From: Azolla caroliniana
Taxonomy: Eukaryota; Plantae; Polypodiophyta
Direction of reading: 5' to 3'
Assembly (NCBI GenBank): GCA_043228905.1
Contig: JBHGNT010001440.1
Span: 1 to 8,452 of the forward strand
Length of the DNA stretch: 8,452 nucleotides
Part shown: positions 8,376 through 8,452 of the stretch, piece by piece
Numbering within the stretch: the stretch's first letter is position 1
Layout of the letters: each line of letters starts with the position of its first letter
Translations under genes and position numbers: made by a program
Notes under the pieces: model-generated
The model's database searches: none
What the model was told of the DNA's origin: nothing
What the model saw: the letters and a program-made list of their open reading frames with translations, nothing else

Positions 8376-8452
8376 GGGCCAATGTGCAACTTGCTTGTAG
8401 AGACAATCGTTACAAGACATTCATCTATCTTACTGCCACCACAAATTCTCAT
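8376..8452 (+). CDS. Ole e 1/PAC-domain protein, coding exon 2 (3'-partial)
   Basis: Acceptor catgtag|GG restores Gly. Continues GANVQLACRDNRYKTFIYLTATTNSH, matching the Ole e 1 pattern GAxVxLxC...T(D/N)xxG(YF) with the third conserved Cys. Runs off the window. Confidence 0.88.

Noticed and set aside
8173-8400. 75-aa plus-strand ORF in the Ole e 1 intron
   Set aside because: Arises from TATG-rich low-complexity intron sequence and is out of frame with the true exon 2.

Overview
Eukaryotic, intron-containing, AT-rich land-plant genomic DNA. The plant-specific Ole e 1/PAC gene next to a NOA36 gene suggests a non-angiosperm such as a fern or lycophyte (inference). It carries three protein-coding genes. 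(1) A minus-strand type II membrane nucleotide pyrophosphatase/phosphodiesterase (ENPP/NPP, alkaline-phosphatase superfamily). It starts at 1074, runs uninterrupted off the left edge and is missing from the ORF track. (2) A complete four-exon minus-strand NOA36/ZNF330 gene, join(5680..5956,4654..5003,2753..2839,2394..2651), encoding 323 aa. (3) A divergent plus-strand secreted proline-rich Ole e 1/PAC-domain cell-wall protein, join(7714..7951,8376..>8452). The most intriguing unexplained structure is the putative 5' leader of the ENPP gene: a stack of uORFs, one with a GC-rich hairpin 13 nt downstream of its AUG and a stop codon overlapping the ENPP start (TAATG). Other points of note are a plant copy of the mainly animal-studied NOA36, an acidic insertion in the ENPP catalytic domain, and a tRNA-like remnant in the shared promoter region. 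No prokaryotic systems, CRISPR arrays or intact transposons were seen.
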